Shown piece by piece: positions 62,047 to 64,000 of a DNA stretch of 64,000 bases. Position 1 is the stretch's first letter, and every line of letters begins with the position of its first letter. Position numbers and translations under genes: made by a program. The DNA is from Podarcis erhardii (lineage: Eukaryota): assembly GCA_964252035.1 (NCBI GenBank), contig OZ176200.1; one strand, 5' to 3'. A model generated the notes under the pieces. The model was given only the letters and a program-made list of their open reading frames with translations, was not told where the DNA came from and did not search any database.

Positions 62047-63168
62047 TTATTGTACTCACCTTCAAGGGAATGCACATCAAGGCTCCAAGCAAACTTTTCC
62101 CATTCAAAATACTAATACAAAATGTCTGGTGGAGTGGGAGGGAGGAAGGAGAACTGACACGCACCATGGAGCTGAAAGCAGGACTTACATGTGAGCCCAT
62201 CTCCACTATTTAAACATCACAGGTTTACCTGCCTTATATTATGCACTTATTGCATGCATTTGAAAACTGCAAAATAAAGCAAACAATAGTTAATTAAAAT
62301 AAATGTGTAGATCTAGCACTGACAGCTCAATCAAACACAAGGAAGAATGAAGTCTATGGAGACAGTAACATTTCCAAAATAATCACTGGTGTAATAAAGC
62401 TCAAAACTGATGTTCAAACAAAAGGGAAACTATTCTCTCCCCCCTCCCTCTCCCCACTCTCCCCACCCCACTCCTACTGACTAGGTTTTAAGTTTGCTGC
62501 CTACACCAATCCCCAATAGTGTATTTTTAAAAACTTGATTTTCCTGGTTTGCCAATTGTAGGACTTGGCACACTTGGAGGACACAAATGCCACCCTTTCC
62601 CTGAACCAAACTCTGTACTATACTGTGTGCTGGCAGTTTCAGAATAATCAAAATAAAAGATCATTAATGAAGTGTGGAAGCTCCTGTTCTTCTTTCCTTC
62701 CTCAGGAGACATTCCTTAATCTCTGGCTCAAAGCCTTGTCAAATGCTGCAGGAAGGAACTGGCAAGCTCAGTGCTGCTAATGGATTGAAATCTCAACCAG
62801 GTTGCTCATGTCTTGCTGTTCCCAGTTCCCAAAGCATCCTCCACCAGATCCTTCAGTGATACTGGCACCAAGTCGTCCATTCTTCTTTGGCACTTGCTGT
62901 CTAAGGACTTTTAAAAGTGGAATTGTGGTTCATCATACAATAAACATCATGAGGGATTTTATTGCTTTGGTATAAAGAAAGAAAGGCTGAAGTAGGGAAA
63001 ACCAAATTTAACACAGATTTTATTGTCGAAAGGTAAAAAAGCCACATTTTTAATCTCATTTCTAAATGCTCTCCATATCATGAACCATGGGTATATTATT
63101 AATTTTATATCTTTTGAAGCATCAGGTTAGAAAACTGTTTCCTTCTGAGTAGCCTCCTCCATTTAGCT

Positions 63169-63593
63169 CAGGTGTGAGGAACCTTAGACCAACCAGATGT
63201 TGCTGGACTACAGAGAACAGCATTTACCAAATTGTTCTCCATTTACCAATTGGAGAACAGCCTTTACCAAAGGTGTCATGGGCTTTGAAGATGCTCAAAC
63301 ACAGGACAAAAGGGAGAAACATGCTAAGAAGAAGGCACACTTGACAAACCCTCAACTCCTGCCCAGAAACCTATGTCTCCACTGTGGAAGGACATGTGCA
63401 TCCAGAATTGGCCTCCACAGTCACTTACAGACTCACTGTTAAGACCGTGTTCATGGAAGACAATCTTACTCAGCTACAAGTGATCGCCAAAGACTACAAC
63501 CCCCATCACACCTGGCCATTGGCCATGCTTGCTAGGACTGATGGGAGTTGTAGTTCTGCAGCATGTGGCGGGCCAAAAGTTCCCCACACTCTC
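63169..63593. mobile_element. Palindromic hAT-type MITE split by an RTE insertion
   Basis: Left arm CAGGTGTGAGGAACC...CAGATGTTGCTGGACTACA resumes as GACTACAACCCCCATCA...GATGGGAGTTGTAGT...GTTCCCCACAC; possible degenerate TSD ATTTAGCT / ATTTGACT. Confidence 0.7.
63213..63491 (+). mobile_element. RTE-clade LINE 3' end (not BovB-like)
   Basis: WRTAFTKGVMGFED...CLHCGRTCASRIGLHSHLQTHC* (RTE C-terminal CxxCGRxCxSRIGLxSH motif); 7-bp TSD GACTACA (63206-63212, 63492-63498). Confidence 0.82.
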
Positions 63594-63609
63594 ATTTGAC
63601 TTGTCTATT

Positions 63610-63712
63610 GTGACTCTCCAGAGTTTCAGGCAGGAGACTTCTACAGTCCTGAAAATCTATGCTGGAGACTGAAGCTGGGACCTCCGGCATCAACCACTGA
63701 GCTACAGCCCTC
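63610..63712 (-). mobile_element. tRNA-headed SINE fragment
   Basis: CTCTCCAGAGTTTCAGG...CCACTGAGCTACAGCCC is the reverse complement of the 48270-type head and body. Confidence 0.5.
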
Positions 63713-64000
63713 TCTTAATTTCTTTTTTTTAACAAGTTAAAACAATTAAGTCTGAAATTAATTGCAAGCGTGCTCCATTGAACACAGTGGGACTTACTTC
63801 TGAGTACACATGCCCAGGAGCAGGTGGCACAGTAATTTGAATGTATGTCGAAATGGCCTCTGTTGGAAGTGCACAGTTTTCAGGTGACAGCATTGTTACT
63901 GATTTTAATGGGAATGGATACATCCAGTGAGAGCAAGGGAAGTTACAAGTACACATGTGTATGACACATCCTAGTCCCCTTGCAATCAATTGAATTTTAA

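Noticed and set aside
62680-62860. Strong plus-strand acceptor at 62705 and a faint CR1-like AFDK..QRL on the minus strand
   Set aside because: There is no good paired donor, no recognisable protein, and the similarity is too short to call.

Overview
Vertebrate genomic DNA, almost certainly from a squamate and most likely a lacertid lizard. The repeat content supports this: Squam3-type CORE-SINEs with (TTC)n tails, a BovB 3' end with a (CAA)n tail, L2 with an (ATT)n tail and CAGTGGTACCTC-type Tc1/mariner MITEs. I could not recognise any host protein-coding exon. The window reads as a very long intron or gene-poor regulatory region full of transposable elements, with two short N gaps. The best-supported structure is a three-level nested insertion at 4757-9246. 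An old ~137-bp palindromic hAT-type MITE (8-bp TSD) was hit by a Chapaev3 DNA transposon (CACTGG...CCAGTG termini, TTA TSD, decayed transposase). That in turn was hit by a young 5'-truncated L1 (13-bp TSD, polyA tail, ~591 uninterrupted ORF2 codons). More speculative signals: a textbook recursive-splice-site motif at 2766-2773, a CCAAT/GC-box promoter-like cluster followed by an ATG-G|GTGAGT exon end (16419-16736), a strong 35-nt minus-strand exon candidate beside an assembly gap (42981-43015), and an unidentified decayed coding-like segment (1400-1800). Repeat family names come from recall and need RepeatMasker/Dfam confirmation.
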